A DNA stretch of 48,717 bases, taken from assembly GCA_001600815.1 (NCBI GenBank), contig BCKZ01000001.1, forward strand, positions 2,080,804 to 2,129,520, given 5' to 3'. Below are positions 46,739-48,717 of the stretch, in pieces. Source of the DNA: Alloascoidea hylecoeti. Its lineage: Eukaryota. The position numbers were made by a program, and so were the translations under genes. How positions within the stretch are numbered: the first letter of the stretch is position 1; every line of letters starts with the position of its first letter. The notes under the pieces were generated by a model. That model was not told the DNA's origin, ran no database searches, and saw nothing but the letters and a program-made list of their open reading frames with translations.

Positions 46739-47623
46739 GAAGTCTGCCACTTTTGTGTTTCACTCATATAAAGAAACATACAATTTATGAAAATAAAATC
46801 TTGATTAAATGCGCAGTCCTCAGGAAATATTACTAAATAAAATATAAACAAGATTCCTTAACCTGTGGAAACATCACTAGAGACAATTAGGTACAGTAGT
46901 AAACATGCCCTCATTTTGCTTCTCCAACTAGTTTTAGTCGCATTGACATAGATATGATGCGAGGGGCTGTCAAGGGGTAATTGAACTAGCTAATCCTACA
47001 AGCCTGACAATACTACCGAGAGACGATCCTTGGCCTTCTTGAATCTACGTTTCATTACGGCTTACTATGAATAATTTTTGTCTGGCCACTTTTGAGCCTT
47101 TACCAAACGGTTTTCGATGGGATTTAGAGGTCATGGGCCAACATAGTTGTTCCATTTGATTCTCTTCCTGGTTTTTTGATATAGGGATTGGAGAGGTGTA
47201 CTATTAAAGAATACTACCCTCAGATAAAAGGTTGATATCCGTTATACATGTACTACTTTTTTGATATGCATATACACCTCCGAATAAGCCTTTCCTTCTC
47301 CGAAGCAGACGAATATCGCGTGTTTTCTATCAGACCTTTTTGTAATCCTCCTATTAGAACCCTATGATCAGTCGAAGATACATGTGGTGGCTTGTCACTT
47401 GGGTTTCCATAATGTAGAGCGAGATGTTTTGTAAAAAGGCCAGACGCGTTTCGCGGTACCGGTATTCTAAAGAACACCTACAATTCTGTCAGTTTTAGAT
47501 AGGCACGACATTATACGAAGAGATATACGAGATATTACATATGCTCGGTAGTGAGCCGAGTCATTCTTATGGGCAAGAATGATTAAGGTTTCGTCAAAAG
47601 CTTCAAAAAAAGTGGCAGACTTC
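46739..47623 (-). mobile_element. Internally deleted, decayed Tc1/mariner DNA transposon with residual inverted repeats
   Basis: A perfect 16-bp inverted repeat: GAAGTCTGCCACTTTT (46739-46754) and AAAAGTGGCAGACTTC (47608-47623). Between them the minus strand reads GSIL**YTSPI...EENQMEQLCWP, then a frameshift to LNPIEN (about 47110-47127) and VW*RLK, matching FQQDNAP...WP.SPDLNPIENLW..LK. Confidence 0.8.
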
Positions 47624-48024
47624 CTAACACCTGCACATGGACAAAACTCACCATATCCAACCTACTGATAGTCACCAAATACAATAGGATGGATAGCTCA
47701 CTGATGGAAAAGGTATACATATGTAGATCTCAATGATTGATTATTTAAGTGATAATCCATATGGTAATCTATAAGTTATGGATAATAAACCCTGTTTACT
47801 ACTCTCTTGCTGATCCTCTATCACATATTTTAAGGTTTGATATATCTTATATTTATGGGTAGTAAATTAAATCATTAAATCAACAGTCATCAATTAACAA
47901 TTTCAAGTAAAAGGCCGTTCACGGATAATCAATTATGCCCGAAACATCTATCTTACTATGCTATATTTATAGTTTAACTTTTTCGAGGAAATAAAGTTAC
48001 GATATACTACCCATCATAATATTG

Positions 48025-48166
48025 TTGCAAATCAAAACGCCATGATATATTATGTATCGAAAAAAATCATTGCAGCAAGAAGATTTTGTAATCTATTGCA
48101 ACTCAAACCGCCATGATATATTATGAATCGAAAAAAGAATTATTGGACCAAAAACACATTGTAATC
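48025..48166 (+). repeat. About 71-bp imperfect direct repeat (2 copies) in a promoter
   Basis: TTGCAA.TCAAA.CGCCATGATATATTATG.ATCGAAAAAA...TTGTAATC starts at 48025 and at 48096. Confidence 0.9.
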
Positions 48167-48247
48167 CTTTTTCTATAAAGGATCTGAATATCAATCCTTT
48201 TTTTAAAAAACTATCAAACAGTCAAAGCTTCAATTAATTGCAAAGAA

Positions 48248-48717
48248 ATGAGAATCAACTACTGCTTGACAGCTTTATTTGGACTTGCAAATATTGCACA
48301 CGTTTATTCGATTGATTGTCCTCCCGAACCATATTGTCCGGATTCAATTTGTGATAATGAAATAACCCTAGTTACTGCAGAACCTAGGTATCAATTTGGT
48401 CTCCTTGAGGGATTTAGTGATACTTATAATGTTGACTTNACTGATGTTGTTAAACCTTATAAGCCATCAGATGTTCTTATAATCTACTATACTTCAAATA
48501 TACATGAACAGGATGTTTTGTACAACAAATTGCTCGAAGTCGATAGAATTGGAAATGATACTGACCAATTTACGTTTACAGCTAAAATGGATACACTCGT
48601 TACACCTCCTCTTTTTGGTTACACATGTGTTGGACGCGTTTCTATTGTGGTTGTATATTGTGTTGATTGGGATCCCGTCTCTGGTCACTGTATAGCTGAT
48701 CATCAAGCTATTCACAA
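48248..48717 (+). CDS. Secreted/cell-surface protein, possibly a Flo11-domain adhesin (runs off the right edge)
   Basis: Open from ATG 48248 to the edge, with one N at 48439. Signal-like MRINYCLTALFGLANIAHVYS, a Cys-rich start, and LYNKLLEVDRIGNDTDQFTFT resembling Flo11 LYGYNENTYLIDNPTDFTAT. Missed by the ORF track. Confidence 0.7.
   Translation, partial: MRINYCLTALFGLANIAHVYSIDCPPEPYCPDSICDNEITLVTAEPRYQFGLLEGFSDTYNVDXTDVVKPYKPSDVLIIYYTSNIHEQDVLYNKLLEVDRIGNDTDQFTFTAKMDTLVTPPLFGYTCVGRVSIVVVYCVDWDPVSGHCIADHQAIH

Noticed and set aside
47201..47206. CAA CAG to TAA TAG in the transposon relic as evidence of RIP
   Set aside because: Only two sites are involved. Ordinary AT-biased decay explains them, and RIP is not established in Saccharomycotina.

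Overview
This is AT-rich budding-yeast (Saccharomycotina) nuclear DNA with many introns. It uses the standard code: CTG falls at conserved Leu in ADE16/17 'LLDLAK' and AAH1 'SNLKL'. At least 13 short spliceosomal introns lie in intact genes, which suggests an early-diverging, non-CUG lineage. Intact genes, left to right: Zn2Cys6 transcription factor (cut by the left edge), EIS1, CAC2, CUE1/4, SAP30, CDC4, two tandem MARVEL-like genes, a small coiled-coil ORF, a YPL150W-type kinase, MET7, ENV9, AAH1, a YNL208W-like protein, an orphan F-box protein, a Dcr1/Rnt1 RNase III with two dsRBDs, a Ser/Thr-rich GPI-like ORF, ADE16/17, and a secreted Flo11-like protein (cut by the right edge). The ORF track misses or fragments several decayed elements. 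These are a head-to-head pair of Ubc6/UBE2J pseudogenes, an intron-retaining RPL15 pseudogene at the ancestral RPL15-ADE16/17 locus, two Tc1/mariner transposase relics (one with 16-bp inverted repeats) and a possible copia gag relic. No tRNA, rRNA or CRISPR was seen. All homology calls come from manual translation and remembered motifs; no searches were run.
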